Below, piece after piece: positions 20,958-34,960 of a stretch of DNA of 62,000 bases (position 1 is the first letter of the stretch; the number at the start of each line of letters is the position of its first letter). The translations under genes and the position numbers were made by a program. Under the pieces are notes generated by a model that was not told where the DNA came from, ran no database searches, and worked only from the letters and a program-made list of their open reading frames with translations. Source of the DNA: Wallemia ichthyophaga EXF-994 (Eukaryota; Fungi; Basidiomycota); contig NW_008806278.1 of NCBI RefSeq assembly GCF_000400465.1, positions 322,592-384,591 of the forward strand, given 5' to 3'.

Positions 20958-23864
20958 CTACCCCACCAACTTCTCTAGCGCATCAATCACCTCCTCTGGC
21001 GTCGTCAAATGCCATCCAGCTAGACTGGGTTTCGAAGCCGGTCCGACAGTCACGGTGAATATATCGTCTGCATTCATGTTGATCTCCACTCCAGGCAGTG
21101 TCTCCTCCTTCTCACCACCCATGCTAACGCTCACCGGTGCATTCATGATAGGTTTCAGCGAAGAAGTCGAACCTGGCGCGAGGACGAAGATATCAGACAG
21201 TGACCTGAACATATCCTCATCTGTCTTATCATCTCCTGCGCACATGACAAACTCTGAGTCTGAGTGGTCGTATAGCAACCTCTTCACTATTTCCCCCTTG
21301 TTGACGGCGAGCGGACGTACTTCCAAGTTCTTCTTACCAACGAGCACTTAGTTTATGTCAGCTTGGGTGCACAAAACAATTTAATCACTCAATCACTCAC
21401 CCTCCACTGGCTTCTTGCTAACTACATTGCTCTCGAGCAAATCCTGACACTGCTTGCATTGAAAACTACCAAACTCTGCATCACAATTACGGTAGTGCCA
21501 CGTTATACTTGCCTTCTTCCTTTCTATCTGACTACCTATCGTGCGTTCTGTGAAATATTTGAATATATCCTCCACATCGTCCATCCAGCTCATATCAATA
21601 TTATCTGTGAGATTCCACCATTCCTTACTGTTAGGCTCTTTGATGAAGCAGCCATGCTCAGCGCTGAGACCAATGTTGGGCATGTGACCTAGATGCTCCG
21701 ACAGAAAGTTGCCATCGCGACCGCTAACGATGAAAACTATATTGCGCTCATCCGACGTAATTCGAGGTAGTATTTCTTTCAATTTCTGTCCAGGCACCGC
21801 AGCTGATGGTCGACTCACTATCGGCGTGAGTGTGCCGTCGTAATCAAACAATAGCAACCGCTTCTTGGCTTTTTTGTACTTATCCACTATTAGCTTGTGA
21901 TCGAGATATGGCGTCACTCTGGCTGTCTGACCAACACCTAAATTACGAAGCAACTCCTTGATCAGCGTAAAAGCCCACGTTTGCGATGTATGTGAGGATA
22001 CTCTCCTAAACAACTCAGTTTGCCTCTTTGCCTTATCTTCAGTTGACATGAGCAAACACTTATTTATTGCGCGTGCTGTACCAAATATATCCCATGGATT
22101 AATCCTCACTGTCTGATTAAGTATCCCACCAATCCCAGTGAACTCAGACAGAATTAGTGGCGATTGATATGTTTTCGATTGACACATGATATACTCAAGA
22201 GATGTTGTATTCATTCCATCTCTCGTAGCAGTTATCAGGCCCAAATCCGCCGACGACAGTAACGCAAAGTACTCATCACGCTCGATCATCTGATGATAGT
22301 GATGCACGGGTGTGAATCCCAATCCACCAAACTCGTTATTGATGTGTGATACCAAATCGGCCACATCTGACTCCAGCTTTGCATCTTCGTGGAGAGATGG
22401 GGATGTTACTTGAATAAGAACAACTTTGTTGCGCCATTCGGGGAATTCTTCAAGAAATTTGCGAAATGATTGTAGCTTTTGCACAACACCTTTCACCACA
22501 TCTAGTTTATCTCTGCCCACAATAATTTTGCAGCCGTGATAGAGTTGTCGAAGTGCATTAACCTTGGGCTCAACACCTTCCGCGTCTCTGTCAAGCAGCA
22601 CCCTCTCCACATCAATCCCAATAGGACAGTGGGAGATGGCAGTGTTGAAGCTATTACTCTCCACACCCGAGCTCGTGGATTCGTAGCCGCAAACTCTAAT
22701 GCAGCTTGAGAGAAAGTGGCGCGAGTAAGAATATGTTTGGAAACACACCAGATTCGAGCCGAGCATACCATCGAGTATCTCCTTGCGACGTGGTAAGCAT
22801 CTAAATATTTCAGACGACGGGAAGGGAGAGTGAAGGAACATTCCAATATAAGCCTCGCTAATCAACGACCTGAGCAACTTGGGTACCAAGAGCAAGTGAT
22901 AATCATGGACCAACACCAAATCGCCAGGTTTCCATATCTCAGCCACTTTCTTGGCATAAGCCCAATTAACCTCCAGGTAAGCCTGGTAGGTAGCATCATC
23001 CGACTCGTCCTGCTCAGGGAAATGCTCCTGCCAAATAAGATAGTGGAACAAGGGCCAGAGGGTGGTTTTGCAATAGCCTTCGTAGTGCATGTGCGCCAAC
23101 TTATCTTCAATCCAGACGGGAATCCAGCTCATGTCGTCAGTTTGAGTTTCCCGCTGAACTTTGAGCTCCTCTTCTAGAGCCTTCTTATCTGTCTCAGTAA
23201 GAGAGGAGGATTCAATGAGTTCACCACGTTGATTGCCAAGTCTGAGGTCACCAGGCCAGCCGATGCTAGTCTGTCTGAATTGAGAGCCAAGGGATCTGAT
23301 ACCAGCGTTCATAGCGGTGTGGCCTCTCCTATGAGACAAAGTCCACTTTGGCTGGCTAAAATTGTTATGTGCGGAAACAGTGGACATTCTTCTACGCCTG
23401 GGAAGCTCAGAGGAAGCGCCAGAAGGGCCAATGGGGAAGGAATGCTGATTTGGGGTATCGCTACGCCTCTCGAAGCCAACTTGATCAACTTCTGTGAGAA
23501 TTGGTTTGGGAGTGTCGCTGGGCTCGTCTTTCTGCTCGTCCTTCTCATTCTGATGCTTGAGCATACAAACGAAAGGCAAATAGTGTGAGACGTGTATGAG
23601 GTGACCAGTGAGGGAAATGCCTTGGTGACTGTAATCATCCATTAGCTGGTCGATGTTGCTGCGAATCTGAGCAATGACTTTGTTAGCGGGTGCTGTAAAG
23701 CCACGCAGATCAATCAAAACTAACTTGTTCTAATGACTCATGCGGATTCTTGTTCTCCGAAGGTTCAGCAAAGTATTCAGCGTCTTTAGATTGCGTTAGA
23801 AATGCGCAACTGTATAAAATGACTAATATCTACCAAATTGAGCTTCTAAATCTACAGAACTCAT
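20958..23864 (-). CDS. TPS2: Trehalose-6-phosphate synthase/phosphatase complex subunit, Tps2-type (GT20 + HAD phosphatase)
   Basis: HDYHL, FLHSPFPSSEIFRCLP, GRDKLDVVKG, DGMNTTSLEY, intact HAD motifs DYDGTLTPIV and GDDKTDEDMF. Proposed start 23864 (MSSVDLEAQF|DAEYF...SLEQ|IRSNID) via two short introns. Last intron ~21348-21402. Confidence 0.92.
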
Positions 23865-23956
23865 GAGCGTCACTGATTGAGTACATTCTAGATGAAGAAG
23901 ACGTGGAATTGATTCATGATGTCATTATATTTGTACATTTAATATAGCTACTATCT

Positions 23957-24957
23957 TTACCTTTGCAACTCTCTTTCTGTCAATGGCACATACTTTAATC
24001 TTTGGTTAGCAAATTCGTGAAAATATTCACCAACGAATACACACCATAACAGGGAACAACTCCTCCTTGTGAACAATTCCATTCTCATCTTTATCCACCT
24101 AAACATTTATAATTAGTCAAATCATTGCTTTTACTCCCAACTCACCTGCCAAATTGACTGTCCATATCCACCCGTTTTCTCGACAGGAACAAACATTCTT
24201 CCAGGAGTAGCGAGTTGATCAATCAGCACATCTGGCATTCGCGGTGCAGCTGCACCAACGTGTATAGCATTATAAGGGCCGTGCTCAGCCACACCCTGTC
24301 TACCATCACCGGCGATCATCTTGATAGCACCGCTGTTGATTGCATCTTCTAGTCCATCTCTCTTAAGATTATCCACGCTATTCTCCACTAGCTGTTCGAT
24401 ATGATCGATGCCGACCACCGTGCCGTTGTTGCCGATTAATTGATGGAACACAGCGCACGAATAACCACTGCCACTGCCAACATCCAGCACCTGCGATTTG
24501 ACTTGTGAATACAGCGTTTACCAACCACCCACACTTACCTTGTATCCTGGTTGGAGCAAGCTCAGCAAGTTCTCGGTCGCGTGTGCGTGCATATGCGGTG
24601 CACTGATAGTAGCTGAATGTCCAATAGACCTTGAGATTACTCTGATGAGCTCATTCTACTATCTCTCGCTGACTCAAACTCACTGCGGACTATCCTCATA
24701 AGCTGCCGCTTTGATCCTTACGTAGTGCGCTCTGTCTACCTTCTTCATTGCATTTGCCACTATATCGCTGTGGATTAGATTCGATGAGCGTAGGTTCTTA
24801 ATGAGCTGTGTGTGTGCGTCGGTGAGCACCTCCCTCCGAGTGGCCTAGTGGCCTAGTGGCGGCATTACATACCTCCACATTAGTCTTAGCAGAGCAAAGC
24901 CAGGCCCTGTAGTCTATTAGCAACTCTCGCTCACTTTCTCTCCTTATCCGCCCACAT
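23957..24957 (-). CDS. PCMT1: Protein-L-isoaspartate O-methyltransferase, multi-exon
   Basis: [12 protein letters not shown]|LIKNL...[55 protein letters not shown]. Confidence 0.92.
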
Positions 24958-25045
24958 TATTATCACTCCAAATGACGTAGGTAGTCTTATAAGAAAAATA
25001 CATGTGCTGTACAAATTAAATGATGAGTGAAAATGATGATTCTTA

Positions 25046-27647
25046 TTAAAACGCGCTATACTCATCGAACTTCCAGTTCACATCGACATTGCTGTCGTTG
25101 AGAAAATCCAACTCCTTCATGAACATATTCTCCCACACTGTCCGACCGCCATCGACCGGCGACGTGAACACAGAGTCGAGCATGTTTTGAGGCTGTCTAG
25201 GTGTAGCAGTATCTCCATGTAAGCCTGGAAAGTTGGGTGCCAGACCGACGGGAGTGAATCCTTCCACTGATATCCTGCGCTTCTTCGCCGGTACTCCATC
25301 ACCCCTCCTCTGCTTATCTTCTTGGAGCAGTCTGTCGAGTGTGAGAACAGCCTTCTTGGCCACTGTAGAAGTATGTTGTATATCTCTGAATATCATCAAC
25401 GTTTCACCGACCTCCTTGCTTTTCTCGTCCGCTTCGATTGTGTCGACTGTGTGGAACAGGTCTATTAAGCTGCATGAATGGTGAGCAAGTAATCTTGTAC
25501 CAACATCAACAATACCCACATCACTACAGAGGCTGTCCAACATTGTATGAGAACTACCCACCACCGACTTGCAGGCCAATTATACTTCTGACCTTCCTTC
25601 ATTAGCTCCAGCAGCGTCTTAGCAGATGCCACACAAGCCTGTGTCGAGTATGCGTATTCTCTATTCGTATATCCCTCCGTCATGTATCCTCTATGCAGCC
25701 TCATCAGCCGGTTATGTATCGTGAAACTCATCATCAGTCTTTCCCAAGCTCTGCATGGTTTCATCGACAGCACCGCTGCATCGTACTCAGCCAAATCCAG
25801 TCGTAGGAATGTTGGTATGCGATCAAGGGCTGCGCGGTATCTAAGCGCGTGTCAGTGTATGTCTTAGTCGCAAATGCACTTTCACTCACTCAGCATCCAT
25901 CTCAATCACAAACGCATACGATCCTTTGCTATCTCTATTTAGTGTATCGACTATTTTGCGTGTTATGTTGGCGAATTGCAACTTGCTTCTGAAGTAGCTC
26001 ATGTCTGTCCAAACGCTGTCTGGTTGACAATTTATCTCTTTCTGCCGTACCAGGCCCTCGTCGTCAGCATTTGCAGGTACGCTTGTTGTCATCTATGCGG
26101 GTGTCTCAGCGACCTCTCACTCCTATCACTCCAATAACACATATCTACACACCTGGTCAACGTGTATCGCGTAGCTGTACGAGCTTGCTGACGCATTAAA
26201 AGAGTCTTGAAATACTAGCGAATGCCAGAGACGTCGTCCCATCTGCCTTTTGTTAGTGTGGAGTGGCCTTTTAGTCTTTTTTTTCCTACCTCTCTTTCTA
26301 ATACATCCCCTTCAGCTTCTCCGCCAGGTATCTCATCTGGTATGCGCGACAATCCCATCAGCTGAGCCATTTTGACTGTATTTTGTGAGTTGTTACGTGC
26401 GTGAAAAAAGCCCTCTCACTGGCTGTGCTCATCAGTATAAGATGTGTTTCTGTCTGGTTCTTGTTGTGTAAATATAAACCGAGTATCTTAAAGGTCGCTG
26501 GTTAGTTGGATCAACTGTCAGATTCAAACTTACTATGATGGTCTGAATAGCCTCGATTGAATGATTGATGAGGAAATCACTCTGCGATAATGCCGAGCGG
26601 GATATCTGATAGTAAGTATCGGCCTCCTTCTCATTACGAGTCTCAACATCTGGATTACTGAATGCAAATCCACCAGTATAGTAGTATTCACCACCGAAGT
26701 GCGTAGCAACGCACAGCACGCTAGCATAAAGAGCCATCCACTTGGAATCAATGTTATCGTAAGCGAAACCGACGCTCATTTCCTGCCAATAGTGAGCGTA
26801 ATCGGAGAGGAAGGTGGGGACATGCAGGGGTTTATGGAACCACTCGAGGTGCTGAATATAGAAACTAACGAGTATATCAGCCTTGTGTTTGTTTGGAAGG
26901 TACTGCAAGATATCCTTTGTCATAGTAATCTGCTCTGGTTTAGGAGTGAATGGGAAAGTAGCCAAAGGGGTAGAGGTGTGGTCGAGTGAAGTGGTAATGC
27001 TCGGAGGGTCACAATATACAGGTACAGAGGTAGATGAGTTCGATGGGATCGGTGTGTCTTGTACCGTGCGCCTGCCTACCGAACCAATCGAATCTGTCCT
27101 TTTCCTTCGCAACAACGCAGCTTCGTCGTTGAAGCTTTCGTCAGGTTTCCTTCCCATAGCTATACCCTCTAGCGTGAATGCTGCAGCTGTCTCCTCGTTC
27201 TCAAAATCCATATCAGCCAGAATACCGGTGCTCGAAGGTGAGGTAGTAACACCGATGCTATCGAATATATTCTGAGGGATAGGAATACCAGAGAAGCGGA
27301 GGAAGTTTGCGAGTGCGTGGAGACACGCCTGTGTATCTGATAGCTGCTCTCGGAGACAAGACACATCGTCTGAGCTAGCAGCGCTGCTCTTGCCGGGCTT
27401 TGAAGCTGGCTTCTCCTCCCAAATACATTTGTACTGCTCTCCTCTCTTCTTGCACGCTCCGCAAGGATGCTCTCTATCGCACTGCCCTTCTTGTTAGTAT
27501 GTACCGACACACACAGCTCCTACTGACCTTGATCTTGCGACGCTTGCACTCTGTACAGCTCAGCGCTTGTCTGTTGCGCGTCTTCTTCGGCTTTATCTCG
27601 CTTGTTCCCGTCGCCGCGTCCGCCGTTTGGAATATTGCTGACGACAT
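25046..27647 (-). CDS. Zn(II)2Cys6 transcription factor with fungal-specific TF (MHR) domain, spliced
   Basis: RQALSCTECKRRKIK|CDREHPCGACKKRGEQYKC, then LVSFYIQHLEWFHKPLHVPTF and EAIQTII middle-homology motifs. Confidence 0.92.
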
Positions 27648-27882
27648 GGCTGTGTGCTGATAACAGAATCACTGATGGTAATTCCGGGGTAACCAAGAAT
27701 GCTCAAAATTTTTATCAATATTATTAAATATAGTGAATTCTGCTGGTTTCTGTATCTGTCTAGACCTTAATTTACCGCTAAAAGCCAAACTATGTCCGCA
27801 CGGACCTCGGCTGTTCCTGGCGAATTGAAATTACTGAAAACGCTGAAAATTACTAATTTAATGTAAGTCGCTTATAATACAA

Positions 27883-29399
<1,517 letters not shown>

Positions 29400-29432
29400 G
29401 GTCGTTGTCGTTTGACTGCCAACACATTGATA

Positions 29433-30402
29433 ATGGATCAACAACAAAAGATGTAAGGGGGTTTTTTAGACTCAAATTCAATTCTTATTTTCACCACGCA
29501 GCCCACAAGACCTTAAAAACGTCGTTAGCTTCCTCAGAGAGAAATCTGGGATGAAGATACGTAACGGCGCTCTTTCTGGCAAGCGCGCTGAATATTTCAA
29601 GGGTTAGGCTGCTGTTATACATCCAATTCACTGCTGATTCTTATATATACCAGGTAGATCCGCAATCAAAGCCCTCCTCTCTCCTTCCTACGCAAAGTTG
29701 AGCAATGTTCCCCAAATCACATCCGAAGCAGACGCTACAAAGGTACTCCATAGTATCATTCCTTTCGCCTTCTTCCTCCGCGTAGATAGAGGTAACCCTA
29801 TCGGTGGAAAAGATTCCCCTAGAGAACTCAAGATCAACAATCAACAACTGTTTGCTCCAGACGACTACTACGTTTGGCTGTTCGCTGGCTCTCAACTCAG
29901 AGCTATGCTTGGCTCTGCAGGTCTCGTTGCTGTTATTCTAATCGGCGTCATGTTCCCTCTCTGGCCTACAAGTCTCAGAATTGGTGTTTGGTATCTTTCT
30001 GTCGCTGTGCTTGGCTTGATTGGTCTTTTCTTCGTTATTGCCATAATCAGACTGATCATTTATATCATCACCATGTTCACTGCAAGCCCCGGTCTTTGGA
30101 TTTTCCCAAATTTGTTCGAAGATGTTGGCTTCATTGACTCGTTCATACCCATGTATGAATGGGATTACCCTAAGAAGAAGAAAGCCGGCAAGAAGAAGGC
30201 TAAAAAGCAAGTCAACGATGCTAATCAAGTTACTGAGACAAAGGATTCAACGCACTCAGCTCTAAATCACAGCAAAGAATCCCTTCAGAATCCTTCAAAC
30301 AACACTTCAGCACAAAGTGACAGTGATACACGCGCTGATAGCCCTAACAGCCATGACAGCCCTGACAGCCCTAACACCTCTAACCATGCAAAGGAGGAGT
30401 AA
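29433..30402 (+). CDS. SEC62: ER translocon subunit Sec62, spliced
   Basis: MDQQQKI|PQDLKNVVSFLR..GMKIR.G..GKRAEYFKG, DDYYVWLF.G, VMFPLWP..LRIGVWYLS, GLWIFPNLFEDVGFIDSFIP. Confidence 0.92.
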
Positions 30403-30516
30403 ATAGTTAAATAGTTTAGTTTATTACATAATTTTTATACAATGGCATTATTCTACATCATTATACTTAAATAACTCATTTCGGACTAGGCCGATGATCT
30501 TTATCTCCCAACAATC

Positions 30517-31262
30517 ATGAGCTTGGCCGCTGGCAACAATTTCGACGATCTCACCTCGGGCGATCTATACGCCGTGTATTCACAGAGGCCACAGAGCACT
30601 GCATACGCTGGACTACCTGTAATCGCTGGTCAAAATTACAATGATCGTTTCAGTGAGGAGTGGAGTGAGCTTGCCTCTGATTATACCGCAGAGCTGCCTA
30701 CACTGCGCTCACTGCTTCCAGAGGAGCTAAACGGCGAGCCTGTTGAGCATGACTACCAGGACCAAGATTTCAAAGACGACTCAAGCGCCGGCTACGATGA
30801 TGACCAGGACCAGGACCAGGATCAGGATCAAGACCAGGACGATGACTATGAAGCAGAATACGAGCCTGACGATGGCTGGTATTCACATCACGCCGACAAT
30901 CCATCCGCTTTGTCGATTTCCCAGGATAACGACGCAAACAACGCAAACGGCGCAAACAACACCGATACAATAAACGATACAGGCACAGATGAAGAGCCGC
31001 TATACGTGAATGCAAAGCAGTACCATAGAATTCTAAAAAGGAGGCAAATCAGACAGCGTCTCGAGGAGTTGAATAGAATTTCCAAGGAAAGGAAGGTGAG
31101 CAATGATCCATGTCTTTAGTTGAGTTGTATTGACGCGTTACAAAGCCATACCTCCACGAATCTAGGCATAGACACGCTAAGAGACGCCCTAGAGGTGCTG
31201 GTGGCAGATTCCTCACTGCCAATGAAGTCGAAGAACTCAACAAAAAACACGCAGACGAATAA
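30517..31262 (+). CDS. HAP2: CCAAT-binding factor subunit Hap2/NF-YA, one intron
   Basis: [24 protein letters not shown]...RK|[24 protein letters not shown]. Confidence 0.95.
30802..30840 (+). repeat. Coding hexamer repeat (GAYCAR)x6 encoding (DQ)6
   Basis: gaccag gaccag gaccag gatcag gatcaa gaccag gac inside HAP2. Confidence 0.9.
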
Positions 31263-31290
31263 CGCAGCGTAGAAGAACGTGATAGCGTTA

Positions 31291-31350
31291 CAGCGTGTAC
31301 CAGCGTGTATCCGTGTGTACCCGCGTGTACCCGCGTTTGCCCGCTTATAC
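31291..31350. repeat. Degenerate 10-bp tandem repeat x6 between HAP2 and MSH5
   Basis: cagcgtgtac cagcgtgtat ccgtgtgtac ccgcgtgtac ccgcgtttgc ccgcttatac. Confidence 0.85.
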
Positions 31351-31435
31351 CAACCTAGAATTTGCTGAAAAATGTTGTAATATTATTTAAGTGTATTTAT
31401 TATCTCTGTCTAGCTCTTGCTTCTCAACCCCTATC

Positions 31436-34400
31436 ATGCTCGACAAACGATACGAGAGATACGCGGGAATGAGAAGAGATGCAACGTCACAGCTATCCCA
31501 GGCAGAGATAGACGCTGACGACGTTGAAGATGAAAAGGTTCCTAGATTTTTTGCCGTCGCACGGGTATCTCACCAAACCACTCGCAGATCACTCTCGCAA
31601 TCAGCGCGCACAAGGACGAGATCGCTGTGGCTTCTTTCGATACACTAACTCACAAGATACGCGTCATGCAGGATACCCCTGATAGTTCATCTCATCATCT
31701 TATCACCACCAGTCAGACAATACTATCTCCTAATGACGACATTACTGATAAATTCTAGTTTTGCATCAGCTGCAGCCAGACGAGGTATACTGCTCACTCA
31801 CTGCACCCGAATCGCTCATCGATGCTGTTGAGCTCTTCATCGCCAGTGTAAAAACAAACGCTGTTCTCCACCTCAATCCTTGGAAGGATTTCGCTTATGA
31901 TCCATCCAAGTCGCGTATTTTGCAGCTCAATTTGTCCAACATCGAATGGTCTAATGATTTACCTGTTACGCCTACAGCTACTCCCCAGTCAGCATTCCAA
32001 CAGCAGTCCGTTGACATGAGCGCAATGGATGAGCGCTCCAAGGAAATCTACCTATCGGGCCTGATTAATTTCGACTTCAAGCTCTCAGTTGGAGCTGTAG
32101 GCTGCTTGATATTGACCTTGCAGCGCCATCTCGCTCAGGAGGCACCCGAGGCCATCACTTCTGCTTGTTGTCGAGTGGAAGATCTAGCTGTGGTCGGTTT
32201 GGAGACGTGGCAAGTGTAAGCCTCGAATATACTCTTTAACCGCGTCAAACTCAATCGTCTAGTGACAAGGTGATGCAGATCGATAACGATGCATTGATGG
32301 CGTTGGGTGTGTTCGCTGATGAACAGCACGCATCGATGCACTCCAATAAAAGCAAGGAAGGTCTGTCATTGTTCAATCTTCTTTCTGAAACCAAGACACA
32401 TTCTGGTACACAGCTCCTGCAGAGAAGATTAAGACAGCCGAGCTGCGACGTCAAAGTGATCAACAACAGACTCGACGCCATAGCTATACTGATCCATCCG
32501 CAAAATGTCAATGCTGTGGCTGCGATGCGTAAAAGCTTATCGAAAGTCGGAAAGGGTGTCAATGTGTTGCATGTGTTCAACTCGCTCAAAGTTGGTAAAA
32601 CGAGTTATCGTTTCTTTAGTTGTCTCGTTCAGTTGACAGTACTCGCTCAAGAGCAGTACGAAATCATTGCAAGTCTCGCTGTACTCGAATCTAAGCAGTT
32701 GATTCTGGATGTAGGCGGAGCGCATCTGTCAACTCAACTCAATAACTTTGCCAGATACTTACTGCATTTGACATATCCACTTGTCATACTACCAGGGAAG
32801 CTATAATGTTCGCGGTCGATTTTGTCGAATCGAAACGATCGCGCAGACTAATCATCGCTGATGGGTTCGACGATGATCTTGGTGTGGGGTTTTTAGATGT
32901 TGCTGCACCTCTAACACCCAATTTAAGACACTATTCGCCACAAGTACGACAGCATAGACAGTCTGCTGTCGCAAATCGCTCTGCAAATCTACGATGAAAC
33001 ACCACCTGGCGTTGCTGAGGAGATCAATGTGGTCTACTTTCCACAAATTGGATACCTGATTGCTATTGATGTTGTCAACAACCACTACGAAGATGTCGAA
33101 GATAAAGACATGATCGGTGCGCGCATTGGATGGGTGTATCAAGTGAGTCGCAAGTCTTGGCGCTGAGCATCTCTTAATGACTCAGTTCATGACCGAATCA
33201 GTGAGGTTGTCTAAAGTTGGTATAATTTCCAACTCACGACTCAGGTTGTGTATTTCAAATCAGACAGGATGTTTGAGCTTGACGCCCACCTCGGCGATCT
33301 CGCAACGATGATCGCAGACAGAGAGACAGAGATAGCGTATGATCTCAGTCAATTTGTGTTGAGCTATACAAAGGAGCTGTCTAAAATGGCTGCAGCAATT
33401 GCCGAGCTGGATATGTGAGTTGAGTTTATTTTACGTGAACAAGCTGACATTGCGTCAGACTACTCGCACTCACGCGCATAAGCGAATTAAACAGTTTCAG
33501 CAAGCCACTGATTGCAACAACTCCAATCATCAGGATATCAGAGGGCAGACATCCGCTTCAAGAAATGTGCGTCAATGATTTTGTGCAAAATGACACTTTC
33601 TTCAAGAAGACAAGCGAGACGAGAATCAGAGTCGATGATGATATCGATATTATAGAGAGCAGAGGCACTGCTCCGAGCGCCTCGCACACTCCTGCTCCGC
33701 GCACACCCACGCACCAGCTGAGCAGCTTCTCAGCCACCGGCTCTGACAGACAGACTAGCGTTCAGTTAAACAACTCAGCTATGGTTATTACAGGTGCCAA
33801 TGGAAGTGGAAAGAGCGTGTATCTCAAACAAGTCGGTCTGATTGTTATCATGGCGCAGATTGGATGGTGAGCTGAGGCACGTGACTAACTATTTCAACTC
33901 AACTTTTCAGTTACGTCCCTGCTGAATCTGCTACTATTGGTTTGGTAGACAAACGTGAGCTCTGCCTCAGCCTCGAGAGTGACTAGAATGCAAAGTCTAA
34001 AACGACGAAAGTCTTCACTCGCATTATGTGCAAAGAGTCGTCATCGAAAGTGTGTTTCAGTTCACAGCCTAATCTGCCACTCAAGTCTTCTCCAGATGCA
34101 GTCGGCATTTATGATCGACTTGGCTCAGGTTACACACGCTATGCGCAATGCTACCGGCCGTTCACTCGTCTTGATGGATGAGTTTGGAAAGGGAACTCTT
34201 CCATCAGGTAGGCAAGCAAGTGCTTCGAATGTAGTACTCTAAAGCTTCGGCTAGATGGCGCAGGGATTTTTGCAGCGAGTGTCAACCATCTGGTTAAGAG
34301 GGGCGACGATTGTCCATTCGTGATTGCCACTACACACTTTCACGGTAGGCAGGAGAGTGGTTGATTAGTGTGACTCGCGGCTAATTGTCGCAGATCTTTG

Positions 34401-34912
34401 GGGTAGCGGATACATCAACATGGACGCACCGATCACTGTTGCTCATATGCGCGTTAAGAGTGGCAGAGACGAGAACGGGAAGCCAGTGCTGACCCATCTA
34501 CATAAGTGCGTGATGCGTGGATGTACTGCCAAGGCCGATCTAATTACTACTTGCCACGCAGACTTGAGTTAGAGCTCAGCATGGACTCTGGAGCTTTTGA
34601 TTGCGCGTTAGTGAATAACATACCTGCAGAAATAGTCGATAGGGGGAGGTATATCTCGTAGGCGACGCAATGACGCGAGTTGATTCAACTCACCAAACAC
34701 TCAGACAGCTTTACCTGCTAGACACACTTGACGAAGTAGCTCTGGAAAACTTGGACGCTGAACCATCAGAAGAAGTGCTGGAGGCGCAAGCGATAATGAA
34801 GAGATTCTTAGAATGGGATATTCAACACGCATACACTAATAACAGTGACCCGAATGCAATCATACAGCATGTTAATGACAGCATCATCGAAGGTGTGATC
34901 GTGTTCGACTGA
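31436..34912 (+). CDS. MSH5: MutS homolog 5 (meiotic crossover), many introns
   Basis: [29 protein letters not shown], Walker [61 protein letters not shown]. No mismatch-recognition domain seen. Confidence 0.9.
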
Positions 34913-34960
34913 GCAACTCGCATAAAAGTTTGGAATATATCAATGCATCCATAAAATAAG

